NCBI GenBank assembly: GCA_963677435.1
Contig: OY781945.1
Span: 480,001-544,000, forward strand
Length of the DNA: 64,000 bases
Direction of reading: 5' to 3'
Source of the DNA: an uncultured Aliarcobacter sp.
Lineage (GTDB): Bacteria; Campylobacterota; Campylobacteria; Campylobacterales; Arcobacteraceae
Position numbers and translations under genes: made by a program. This document shows, in pieces, positions 40,880-50,154 of the stretch. Below the pieces are notes generated by a model. The model had not been told where the DNA came from. It saw only the letters and a program-made list of their open reading frames with translations, and made no database searches. Every line of letters begins with the position of its first letter. Positions within the stretch are counted from its first letter, which is position 1.

Positions 40880-42928
40880 ATGACACAAGCAGAACAAGAT
40901 TTACAAAATGCATTAGTCAGCCAATATTTCGCCAATCTTGAGTTTTTTAAAGAACATGATTTAGAACTTTTTAATAAATTAAATACACTTTCAATGATGA
41001 TTGAGGAAAATTATTTCAAAGAAAATTTTGTCTTGGAATTTATAAAAGAAACAGGTGGTTTTGATATTTTAAATCTTGCAACAAATACCTATACATATGG
41101 AAGAAATGCTCAATTAATAAATGAAAATTTTTTAAATAATTGTGATTTTAGTAAAAAATCAATTTTTTCTAATCTAGTTAATAATTTATATTTGTCAAGA
41201 GATAAAGATATTGAAATAAGTTATTCTAAGTTTGATATTCTAGATAGGATTATATATGACAATATGTCTGAGTATGCTTCTATTTTAGGATATTGTTATT
41301 CTGATGAAAAAGTCTATAAAGAAATAGATAAATTTCTTTTTTTTGGTAATCTTTTAGGAAGTCATTTAAAAAGCTTTCAAGAAAAAATAGCTTTTAAATG
41401 TTGTTTCATTTATGAACCAAATTTAGAGATATTTAGATTATCTATGTTTGTAACAGATTACAAAAGTTTAAATAATAATTCAGAACTTATATTTTCTATA
41501 ATGGATGAAGAAGATATTCTTGTTAGAAAATTAAATCAGTTTTTTAGAGGCATGTTTATTTATTCAAATTACAATATTAAATATTATAAAATGATAAATG
41601 TAGATGATGGTGTATTTCATAAAATATTATCAGAACTATATCTATCAAATGGTTCAAGTTATGACTATACAAAACTTCTATTTGACACTTTTTATTCTGT
41701 TTCAAAACACATTAATAAGTATAAAATATTAACAACAAAGAATAAATCTGCTAATTTTTCTTTAACAAACGATAAACCAACTCTACTTATAGGTGCTGGG
41801 CCTTCTTTAACAAAAAATATAAAATGGTTAAAAGAAAATCAAGATAAATTTATAATTGTAGCAATTGGAGCAACATACAAAAAATTATTTGATAATGGTA
41901 TAACTCCTGATATTGTAACAACTGTTGATCCTAAATTTCACATATTAAATAGTACACATTTTAATGTTGAAGATGTAATATTGTTAAAAAATACAATTGT
42001 TTTGGCATCTATCAATACTCCAACAAAAATATTAGATAGATTCAACCAAGAAAAACTGTTTTTATATGAAGTTGTGGATACTTTTAAAAATAATTCAAAT
42101 GTTTATAATGGAATAAGTATTGGGGAGATTACTCTTTCTCTTTTACTTGATATGAATGTAAAAGATATATATTTATTAGGAACTGATTTAGCTTTTGATG
42201 AGAAAACAGGTTTAAGTCACTTTGATGGATATGTGAATAAAAGAGAAGATTTTGAGAATGATAAGTCAAAACTAGATGTAGTTTTAGAAACAGGAAATAG
42301 TTCAAGAGAAGAGTTTATTCAAATAAAAGGAAATAAAAGAAATAAAGTTGTAACAAACAGAATATTTGCTTTATCTATTAATCAATATGTTCGAATAATC
42401 ACTCTTTTTAAAAAGCCTTCTCAGAATATATATAATCTGTGTGAAGATGGTGCATATATTGAAGGTACAATTTTAAAAGATGTAAAAGATATAAAGAATT
42501 ATAAAAATATAGAAGTTAAAAGTTTTTTATGTAGTAATTTGGGAAATATAAGTGAATTTGGATTGTTAAAAAATGAATTTGCAGAATTAGATATAAAAAT
42601 TAATAATATGAGATTTATTAAAAAAACTTTAACTGAACAATTTTACAAACAAAAGAGTTCAAATGATATTTCAAAGTTCAATGATAAATTTTTAATTATT
42701 TTTAATTTAATGATTAAAAAGAATGATAAATTCTTTTTATCTATAATATCAAATTATTTTAATTTTGTAATTCCATATATTAATTATAGTTTAAATGATA
42801 AAAATATTGAAAATAACAAGATAAAAAATAAACTAAGTCAAATAGAAAATATTTTTTATAAACAAGTAGAAAATATAATAGATATTTATGAATCTTATTT
42901 ACTTCACATAAAAAAAGGGCTTAGATAA
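40880..42928 (+). CDS. maf: Second Maf/DUF115 flagellin glycosyltransferase
   Basis: NLEFFK, YEPNLEIF, GAGPSL, PDIV..VD, LLGTDLA, YNLCEDGA. Confidence 0.87.
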   Translation: MTQAEQDLQNALVSQYFANLEFFKEHDLELFNKLNTLSMMIEENYFKENFVLEFIKETGGFDILNLATNTYTYGRNAQLINENFLNNCDFSKKSIFSNLVNNLYLSRDKDIEISYSKFDILDRIIYDNMSEYASILGYCYSDEKVYKEIDKFLFFGNLLGSHLKSFQEKIAFKCCFIYEPNLEIFRLSMFVTDYKSLNNNSELIFSIMDEEDILVRKLNQFFRGMFIYSNYNIKYYKMINVDDGVFHKILSELYLSNGSSYDYTKLLFDTFYSVSKHINKYKILTTKNKSANFSLTNDKPTLLIGAGPSLTKNIKWLKENQDKFIIVAIGATYKKLFDNGITPDIVTTVDPKFHILNSTHFNVEDVILLKNTIVLASINTPTKILDRFNQEKLFLYEVVDTFKNNSNVYNGISIGEITLSLLLDMNVKDIYLLGTDLAFDEKTGLSHFDGYVNKREDFENDKSKLDVVLETGNSSREEFIQIKGNKRNKVVTNRIFALSINQYVRIITLFKKPSQNIYNLCEDGAYIEGTILKDVKDIKNYKNIEVKSFLCSNLGNISEFGLLKNEFAELDIKINNMRFIKKTLTEQFYKQKSSNDISKFNDKFLIIFNLMIKKNDKFFLSIISNYFNFVIPYINYSLNDKNIENNKIKNKLSQIENIFYKQVENIIDIYESYLLHIKKGLR

Positions 42929-42942
42929 AATCTAAGCCCTTT
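42910..42942. terminator. Bidirectional intrinsic terminator between maf and flagellin
   Basis: AAAGGGCTTAGAT-aaa-ATCTAAGCCCTTT, 13-bp stem; the A-run gives a U-tract on the - strand. The maf stop codon (42926-42928) sits at the apex of the hairpin. Confidence 0.9.
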
Positions 42943-42962
42943 AGTATGTCTAATATTAATTA

Positions 42963-43787
42963 CTATTGTAATAATCTTAAAACATTTTGTTGAACAGAAT
43001 TCGCTTGACTGATTGCATAAGAACCAGCTTGTGAAATAATGTTTTGTTTGTTAAAGTTTGCAGATTCTGCAGCATAATCAACATCTCTGATGATTGATTC
43101 AGCAGCTTTAACATTTGTTGACATTGTCATTAAGTTTCTTACGGCAGATTCAACTTGATTTTGAGTAGAACCTATAGAACCCCTTTTTGTATTCAGAGTA
43201 TTAATGGCTGTATCAACAGTTCCTTGTAAAGTTGCTGCTGAACCAGTAGTTAATGTAGAAATACTACTTAAACTACTTAAACCATAAGCTGAAGCAGAAG
43301 AATTTACAGCGGCTAATGTAATTTTACCTTTTGTTGAATCTTCACCAACTTGGAAATCTAAAGCTTTAGCACTTGAAGATATCAAATCTGTACCATTATA
43401 GTTAGTAGATTTAGCAATATTATCAAATTGAGTCATTAATTTAGCAACATCACTTGCAATTGCATTTCTACCTGCAGTAGAAGTTGTTGCTGTATTTGCT
43501 TGAATTAATTTCGCTTTAACTGTATCAAGAATGTTTGATTGCTCAGCCATTGATTTATCAGCAATTTGAAGTAAAGTAACAGCTGAATTACCATTTGCAA
43601 TACCTTGATTAATAGAAGTCGCTTGAGTTCTAAGTTTATCAGCAATTGCTAAACCAGAAGCATCATCAGAAGCTTTATTAATTCTTAAACCTGTTGATAA
43701 CTTTTCTAATGAAGAAGTTAAAGTTTTACTTGTATTTTGCGCTGCTTCTTGAGCAGTTAATGATGAAACGTTTGTATTGATTCTCAT
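42963..43787 (-). CDS. flaA: Flagellin (short, 274 aa)
   Basis: MRINTNV, LSTGLRINKASDDASGLAIA, ESIIRDVDYAAE, QQNVLRLLQ. flaA versus flaB cannot be resolved from the sequence. Confidence 0.95.
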   Translation of the reverse strand: MRINTNVSSLTAQEAAQNTSKTLTSSLEKLSTGLRINKASDDASGLAIADKLRTQATSINQGIANGNSAVTLLQIADKSMAEQSNILDTVKAKLIQANTATTSTAGRNAIASDVAKLMTQFDNIAKSTNYNGTDLISSSAKALDFQVGEDSTKGKITLAAVNSSASAYGLSSLSSISTLTTGSAATLQGTVDTAINTLNTKRGSIGSTQNQVESAVRNLMTMSTNVKAAESIIRDVDYAAESANFNKQNIISQAGSYAISQANSVQQNVLRLLQ

Positions 43788-43921
43788 AATAAATCCTTTT
43801 AATTATGACACATTGTGATTTGACTCACAGCCTGTGACCTTCTTGCTTCTTTTTCAAGTCCCAAGCATAGAGAGGAAAGGTTTTTCTTCTCTTCGGAATC
43901 CATCGACCCCTAATCTTTATA
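43788..43921 (-). promoter_or_regulatory. Long structured 5' leader of flagellin
   Basis: 47/110 G+C over 43801-43910; four adjacent hairpins and three GGA motifs (see findings). Confidence 0.6.
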
Positions 43922-43926
43922 TTGAA

Positions 43927-43949
43927 ATTATTGCACACCATTTCTTAAA
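43927..43949 (-). promoter_or_regulatory. Sigma70-type promoter of flagellin
   Basis: TTTAAG-N11-AATAAT with TG extension (TGcAATAAT); same layout as the pseB promoter element. Confidence 0.55.
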
Positions 43950-43960
43950 ATTAGATTAAT

Positions 43961-45085
43961 TTAACTAATCTTTTTTAAAATCACACCACTTTCTATATGA
44001 TTTGTATATGCAAATTGATCAAACAGTGCAAATCGCACGATTTCATGGGTTTTTGTTAACTCTGATAAATCTCTGTGTAATGTCTCTGGATTACATGAAA
44101 TATATATAATTTGTTCAAAATCTTTTGCTAATGCTCTAGTTGTATCATCAAGTCCAGCTCGTGGTGGATCCATGAATATGGTATCGAAGTTATAATCTTT
44201 TAGATTTATATCTTTTAATCTATTAAAAACTCTTACTTCTTGAAGCCCTTGTACAAACTCTTCCGCACTCATTCTAATAAAACCTATATTTGTAATATTG
44301 TTTAATTCACAGTTTTTCAAAGCTGATTTTATAGATGTTTTTGAAATTTCGGTTGCTAGTACTTTATTAAATTTAGTTGATAATGGAATTGTAAAATTCC
44401 CACCACCACAATAAAGTTCACATAAATCTTTTGAAGAGTTTTCAATATTATTTAAAACCCATTCAATCATTTGGATATTTACACTTGTGTTTGGTTGGGT
44501 AAACCCACCTTCTTGGTAGGCAAATTTGAATTCTTGATTATTAATAGTTAATGTTTCATTTATTGATTCAGAACTTAGAATTATTTTTTGTTTTCTACTT
44601 CTTCCCATAACTTTGATATTTAGTTTTTTTTCAATTTGTTTTACTAATTCATTCCATTGCTCATCAAGTTTTTTATGATAAATCAAAGTTACAAGCATAT
44701 CATTTGTAGAACTTGTTAGAAATTCAACAGAAAACAGTTTATATGAAAGTATTAAATCTTCCATAAGTAAATCTAAAAGTTTAGGCATAATCTCTTGTAT
44801 ATGAGGACTTACAATTTGACATGAATCTATTTTTAAAATATTTTTCTTAAAATCATTCATTGCATATGATAAAATTTCATTTCCATTTTCATCTTTCTCC
44901 CACCAAATTCTAAATTCAGCACGATTTCTAAAGTTTTTATCACTACTTTTAATAAGATCAAAATCCATAGATGTAAAGTTTGAAAATCTATTTTTTTCTC
45001 TTTTCAGTTTGAAATCTAATTGTTCATCATATGATTTATCAAAAAGTGTACATGAAGCACACATCCCAAAATATTTACAGTTCAT
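43961..45085 (-). CDS. trmA: tRNA (uracil-54)-C5-methyltransferase
   Basis: FRNRAEFRIW, FTQPN, LCELYCGGGNF, DPPRAG, YISCNPETL, FDQF..T.HIESG. Start moved to MNCKYF, which has an AAGGA RBS. Confidence 0.93.
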   Translation of the reverse strand: MNCKYFGMCASCTLFDKSYDEQLDFKLKREKNRFSNFTSMDFDLIKSSDKNFRNRAEFRIWWEKDENGNEILSYAMNDFKKNILKIDSCQIVSPHIQEIMPKLLDLLMEDLILSYKLFSVEFLTSSTNDMLVTLIYHKKLDEQWNELVKQIEKKLNIKVMGRSRKQKIILSSESINETLTINNQEFKFAYQEGGFTQPNTSVNIQMIEWVLNNIENSSKDLCELYCGGGNFTIPLSTKFNKVLATEISKTSIKSALKNCELNNITNIGFIRMSAEEFVQGLQEVRVFNRLKDINLKDYNFDTIFMDPPRAGLDDTTRALAKDFEQIIYISCNPETLHRDLSELTKTHEIVRFALFDQFAYTNHIESGVILKKIS

Positions 45086-45257
45086 TATTTTCCTTGAAAT
45101 TAGATTCCCTAATTTCAAGGGAACCAATATTTTTTGTCTACCTTTTAAAACACAAAAAAATTTTGTTAAAAGTAGTAAAACTCTAAAGAGTGCAATGAGT
45201 TGCACTTAAGATTTGTTGTTTAATCTGATATTATATTCTATTGTATATAATACGCCC

Positions 45258-46838
45258 ATGAAAGAAAATTGGCAACAACAACTACAATCACTATTAAATT
45301 GTGATTTAAAAACCTTATATCCATTGGCTCGAAGTCTAAACAGAAAATTAGAATTTTATGTTGGACCTACAAACTCAGGTAAAACCTATAATGCTATGCA
45401 AAAATTAAAAGAGGCAAATTCTGGACTTTATTTAGCACCTTTGCGGCTTTTGGCATTAGAGGGTTATGAAGATTTAAAAGCTTCAAATATAAATGCAAGT
45501 TTAATCACTGGTGAAGAACAAATTTTACATGAAGAAGCAGCACATGTTTGTTCAACTATTGAAATGATAGATTTTGATTTAGATGTGGATGTGGCAGTTA
45601 TTGATGAAGTTCAAATGCTTGATGATAGTGATCGAGGTTGGGCTTGGGTAAATGCAATTATAGGTTGTCCTGCTAAAAGAATTATTATGACAGGAAGCGT
45701 TAATGCACTTGATGCAGTTAAAAGAATAGCTACTTACCTTGATGAAGATTTAGAAATAGTAAAACATCAAAGAAAAAATGAATTGAAAGTTCTTCCAAAA
45801 TGGACATCTTTAGATAAGCTAGAAGATGGAACAGCATTGATTGCCTTTTCAAGAAGAGATGTTTTACAGTTAAAACAAAAACTTCAAAAAAAATATACGG
45901 TTTCAGTAATTTATGGAAATTTATCTCCAGAAGTAAGACGTGATGAAGCTCAAAGATTTAGAGAGAAAAAAAGTCAAATTTTAATTGCAACTGATGCAAT
46001 TGCAATGGGATTAAATCTTCCAATTAAAACCATATTATTTACAACTGATACAAAATTTGATGGGGTTAGTAAAAGAAAAATAACAGTAAATGAAATAGTT
46101 CAAATAGCTGGTCGTGCTGGACGATTTGGACATTTCGAAGCTGGATATTTAGGTGCAACTAGAAGAGATATTTTAGAACATGTAAGACTTGAATTTGATA
46201 GTCCAATAAAAACAATAAAACCACCTTTTAAAGTAAAAATAAACAATAATCAACTTGAAGCCCTAGCAGCTCACATAAAAACCAACTCTTTAACAAAAGT
46301 ATTAAAGTTTTTTGCTGATAATATGTATTTTTCAGGACCATTTATAGCTGCAAATATTTCATCTATGATTGAAGCTGCAAAAATTGTGGATACAAGATTT
46401 AATCTAAAGCTTGAAGATAAATATCTTTTAGCCCAAGCTCCAATAACAACAAAATCAAATATTATTTTACAAGCTTATGATGCTTATATTGCAAGTGTAA
46501 TTAAGAAAAAAGTTTGTCATTATAAACCATCTATTACACTACCAAAAAAAGCAATAACACAAAGGGATTTACTTTTAGTTGAAGATGAGGTTAAAAAAAT
46601 ATCTTTATATTTATGGCTTTCATATAAACTCCCTGATCTTTTCCCTGATCATGATAAAGCATATATTTTAAGAAACTCTTTTAATTCTTTTATTGAGAAA
46701 TCTTTAAAAGGGAATTTAATAGAAGAAGAAAGTACAAAAAAAACTTTTTCAAGGCCTTTTCCTCGAAAAGAAAATGAGACTAAAGAATCAGCAAAGCATA
46801 AAAAAGATTATAGACCAAGAAGGCGAAAAACAATTTAA
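45258..46838 (+). CDS. Suv3-family SF2 helicase
   Basis: GPTNSGKT, APLRLLA, IDEVQM, RGWAW, ATDAIAMGLNL, QIAGRAGRFG, YLWLSY. Start moved to ATG 45258. Confidence 0.88.
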   Translation: MKENWQQQLQSLLNCDLKTLYPLARSLNRKLEFYVGPTNSGKTYNAMQKLKEANSGLYLAPLRLLALEGYEDLKASNINASLITGEEQILHEEAAHVCSTIEMIDFDLDVDVAVIDEVQMLDDSDRGWAWVNAIIGCPAKRIIMTGSVNALDAVKRIATYLDEDLEIVKHQRKNELKVLPKWTSLDKLEDGTALIAFSRRDVLQLKQKLQKKYTVSVIYGNLSPEVRRDEAQRFREKKSQILIATDAIAMGLNLPIKTILFTTDTKFDGVSKRKITVNEIVQIAGRAGRFGHFEAGYLGATRRDILEHVRLEFDSPIKTIKPPFKVKINNNQLEALAAHIKTNSLTKVLKFFADNMYFSGPFIAANISSMIEAAKIVDTRFNLKLEDKYLLAQAPITTKSNIILQAYDAYIASVIKKKVCHYKPSITLPKKAITQRDLLLVEDEVKKISLYLWLSYKLPDLFPDHDKAYILRNSFNSFIEKSLKGNLIEEESTKKTFSRPFPRKENETKESAKHKKDYRPRRRKTI

Positions 46839-46900
46839 TAAAAAATTAGCTAAAATTATAGACTTTCAAAGCCCTAAAATATGTACAAGGATTTAATATC

Positions 46901-48835
46901 GTGTTTGGATTTTTTAAAATCAATGAAGATTTATTTTATAAAGAATTATTATCAGATAATGTTGATGCTAATAAAATTCAAAAATACATAAATAAAGGTA
47001 TTAATTTAAATAAAAGAGATGAAAAAGGTAAAACTATACTTTTTACATTAGTAGCAAGAAAAAGACTTGAAGCTATAAAAATTTTATTAAAAAATGGTGC
47101 AGATTTAACCATAGAAGATAATTTTAGAAAAACAGTTTTAGATGATGCAATTGAGAAATCAGATGGAGTTATGATTCGTTTTTTATTAGATAATGGATAT
47201 TCAATAAATCATAAAAATAGTGCAGGTCGAACAGTATTCCAAGATGTTGCTTTTGTAGGTAATAACAAAGTTTTTCAAATTCTTATGAATTATAATGCAG
47301 ATTTTAATCAAAAAGATAACTATGGAAAAACAGTATTATTTGATGCTGTTCAAGGTGGAAATCTTACAATTCTAAAAGATATTATAAATAATACTAGTAC
47401 TTTAAATGTTTTAGATGAAAATCATCAAACAGCTCTTTTTGCAGCTGTTTTAAAAGATGATATTTCATTAGCAATGGAGTTAGTTTTACATGGAATTAAT
47501 GTTAATTTTTTAGATAAAGATGGGCAAAATGTTCTTTTTAATGCAATTTTACAAGGTTCTAAAAATATTCCATTAATTGAATTACTTATTAAAAAAGGCA
47601 TTAATTTAAATGTTGTTGATAATTTCAATAAAAATATAATTGATGAATTATTATATGTTTCAGGTTTACAAAAAGATCCTCCAAAAGAGATAGAGGGTAA
47701 ATATAAACTTGTAACAGCTGAAAAAGAGTATATGCCAATTGCACAATTATTTATAGACAAAGGTATTGAAATTGATAAAATTGATAGTGAAGGGAAAACA
47801 ACACTTCAAAGGGAAGTTGAAAAAAAGAATTTCTCAAATATAGAGTTTTTATTAGATTGTGGTGCAGATGTAAATATTTGTGATGAATTTGAAAAGAATT
47901 TGATTCATCAAGAGATATTAAAAGGTTACTCGAATTTTAGAATGATTGACTTTTTAATGGCTCATGGAGCAAATATTGATGCAAGAGATTTTGATGAAAG
48001 AAGTGTAGTTGATGATATTGTTGAAATAATTGCAGTAATAAAAGGTTTTAAAACAGCCTCTCCTTATTTATCTACTGTTATAAAAGATGATGAAAAATAT
48101 GATGTTTTATTAAAAAAAGTGCTAACTTTTAAACCAGATATTCAAACTCAAAGATTAGATGGAAGTAATATTTTATTTGACATGGTTTTGTATAATGATT
48201 TTGAGACTTTAAAAACGATTATAAATTATGGAATAAATCTTAATATAAAAGATAAAAGAGGTTGTACTCCTTTGATGTTTATGGTTGAAGAGGGCATGAA
48301 AATCAAAGATAAAAAACAAAGAGATATTTTTATTGAAAGATTAATTTACTTTTTGAAATATAGAGTTAATGTTGATGCTAAAGATAATGATGGAAGAACT
48401 GTAATTCATAAAGCTGTAATTGCAAATGATTTACTTGTTGTTGAAAAATTATTAACAAAAAAAGCAGATTTAAGTATAAGAGATATTCATGGCAGAACAG
48501 CACTTCATCATACCCAATGGCATGGAAATTATAAAATTGCAAGATGGTTAATAGCAGCTGGTGCTGATATGAATTTACCAGATAACTCTGGATTTACATT
48601 ATTGAATTATGCAGCTGTTTTTGGACATTTAAGACTTATTATTGCATTAATTGCATCAGGAGTTTTAATGTATAATAAAAATCCAAAAAATAGAAAAGTA
48701 GCACAGTTTTTTAAAGATAGAGAGAGTAAATTAGATAAGTTGTTAACTACAAGTATTGGTGATGATAAAATGGAATTAGCAATAAAAGAGTTAGTTGAAA
48801 ATTTAAAAAATGAAATAAATGAAGTTTTACAGTAA
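46901..48835 (+). CDS. Ankyrin-repeat protein
   Basis: Many GxTxL/GAD-type repeats (GKTILF, GRTVFQ, GKTVLF, GCTPLM, GRTALH); GTG start with AAGGA RBS. Confidence 0.9.
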   Translation: MFGFFKINEDLFYKELLSDNVDANKIQKYINKGINLNKRDEKGKTILFTLVARKRLEAIKILLKNGADLTIEDNFRKTVLDDAIEKSDGVMIRFLLDNGYSINHKNSAGRTVFQDVAFVGNNKVFQILMNYNADFNQKDNYGKTVLFDAVQGGNLTILKDIINNTSTLNVLDENHQTALFAAVLKDDISLAMELVLHGINVNFLDKDGQNVLFNAILQGSKNIPLIELLIKKGINLNVVDNFNKNIIDELLYVSGLQKDPPKEIEGKYKLVTAEKEYMPIAQLFIDKGIEIDKIDSEGKTTLQREVEKKNFSNIEFLLDCGADVNICDEFEKNLIHQEILKGYSNFRMIDFLMAHGANIDARDFDERSVVDDIVEIIAVIKGFKTASPYLSTVIKDDEKYDVLLKKVLTFKPDIQTQRLDGSNILFDMVLYNDFETLKTIINYGINLNIKDKRGCTPLMFMVEEGMKIKDKKQRDIFIERLIYFLKYRVNVDAKDNDGRTVIHKAVIANDLLVVEKLLTKKADLSIRDIHGRTALHHTQWHGNYKIARWLIAAGADMNLPDNSGFTLLNYAAVFGHLRLIIALIASGVLMYNKNPKNRKVAQFFKDRESKLDKLLTTSIGDDKMELAIKELVENLKNEINEVLQ

Positions 48836-48847
48836 GTAAGGAAAAAG

Positions 48848-50143
48848 ATGTTTAATAAATCAATTATAGTTTTAGCAGCAGGTGCAGGTACAAGAATGAA
48901 ATCAGATACTCCAAAGGTATTACACAAGATTTCTGGAAAACCAATGTTATATTATTCAATAAAAGAGGCTTTAAAATTAAGTGATGATATAACAGTAGTT
49001 TTATTTCACCAAGCACAAAGAGTTCAAACTGAAATGGAAAAATATTTTTCAAATATAAATTTTGTAATTCAAGACCATTTAAACTATCCAGGAACTGGTG
49101 GAGCTGTTATGAATATAACTCCAAAATATGAAAAAGTTTTAGTTTTAAATGGAGATATGCCTTTAATTCAATCAAGTGAATTAGAAAAATTTGATATTAA
49201 TGCAACTATTGTAATGTCGGTTTTAGAATTAGATAGTGCAGATGGATATGGAAGAGTAATAATTGAAAATGGAAATGTTAAAAAAATAGTTGAACAAAAA
49301 GATGCTTCAGAAGATGAACTAAAAATCACAACTGCAAATGCGGGGATTTATCAATTTGAAACAAAATTTTTACTTGAAAATCTTCCAAAATTAAATAATA
49401 ACAATGCACAAAAAGAGTATTACATAACTGACTTAGTTGAAATGGCAATAAATCAAAATAAAGTTTTAAAACCACTTGCTGTGAATGTTGAGAATTTTAA
49501 AGGCGTAAACTCAAAAGTTGAATTAGCTGATGCTGAGGTAATTCATCAAAATAGAATCAAAAAAGAGTTTATGAAAGCGGGCGTTATTATGCGATTACCT
49601 GATACTATTTATATAGAAGAGGGTGTAGAAATTGAGGGTGAATCTATTATTGAAAATGGTGTTTCGCTTCTTGGAAATTCAAAAATTATAAATTCTCATA
49701 TCAAAACAAATTCTGTTATTGAAGACTCTATTGTAAAAGATAGTGATGTTGGACCAATGGGACGAATAAGACCCGGAAGTCAATTGAATAAAACTCACAT
49801 TGGAAACTTTGTTGAGACTAAAAAAGCGATTTTAAATGGTGTAAAAGCTGGACATTTATCATATCTTGGAGATTGTTCTATTGATGAGGGAACAAATATA
49901 GGATGTGGAACAATTACTTGTAATTATGATGGGGTAAATAAACATCAAACGATTATTGGGAAAAATGTTTTTGTTGGAAGTGATACTCAATTTGTTGCAC
50001 CTGTAAATATTGAAGATGATGTTCTAATTGGTGCTGGTTCAACTGTAACTGGAAATGTGAAAAAAGGTGAGTTGTATTTAACTAGAGCAAAAGCAAAAAC
50101 TATTGATGGTTACTTTTACAAACATTTTTTAAGTAAAAAGTAA
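48848..50143 (+). CDS. glmU: Bifunctional GlmU
   Basis: LAAGAGTRMKS..PKVLH, GTGGA, EYYITD, GNFVETK, HLSYLGD, TCNYDG. Confidence 0.97.
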   Translation: MFNKSIIVLAAGAGTRMKSDTPKVLHKISGKPMLYYSIKEALKLSDDITVVLFHQAQRVQTEMEKYFSNINFVIQDHLNYPGTGGAVMNITPKYEKVLVLNGDMPLIQSSELEKFDINATIVMSVLELDSADGYGRVIIENGNVKKIVEQKDASEDELKITTANAGIYQFETKFLLENLPKLNNNNAQKEYYITDLVEMAINQNKVLKPLAVNVENFKGVNSKVELADAEVIHQNRIKKEFMKAGVIMRLPDTIYIEEGVEIEGESIIENGVSLLGNSKIINSHIKTNSVIEDSIVKDSDVGPMGRIRPGSQLNKTHIGNFVETKKAILNGVKAGHLSYLGDCSIDEGTNIGCGTITCNYDGVNKHQTIIGKNVFVGSDTQFVAPVNIEDDVLIGAGSTVTGNVKKGELYLTRAKAKTIDGYFYKHFLSKK

Positions 50144-50154
50144 AAGATTCTAAA

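Noticed and set aside
38963..42928. MptE (6-hydroxymethylpterin pyrophosphokinase) annotation
   Set aside because: The DUF115 domain is shared, but length and adjacency to flagellin indicate Maf.
43788..43921. c-di-GMP-I/II riboswitch
   Set aside because: I could not find the consensus cores (GGCAAAC...GGGACGCAAAGC or the class II kink-turn layout) by eye; a covariance scan is still needed.
45086..45257. Long N-terminal extensions of trmA and the helicase in the ORF track (also the TRAP permease, pilD and several island genes)
   Set aside because: Downstream starts have an RBS, leaderless-promoter geometry or stop/start coupling.
46901..48835. Ankyrin protein as a secreted effector or defence gene
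   Set aside because: It has no signal peptide or effector domain and heads a housekeeping gene run.
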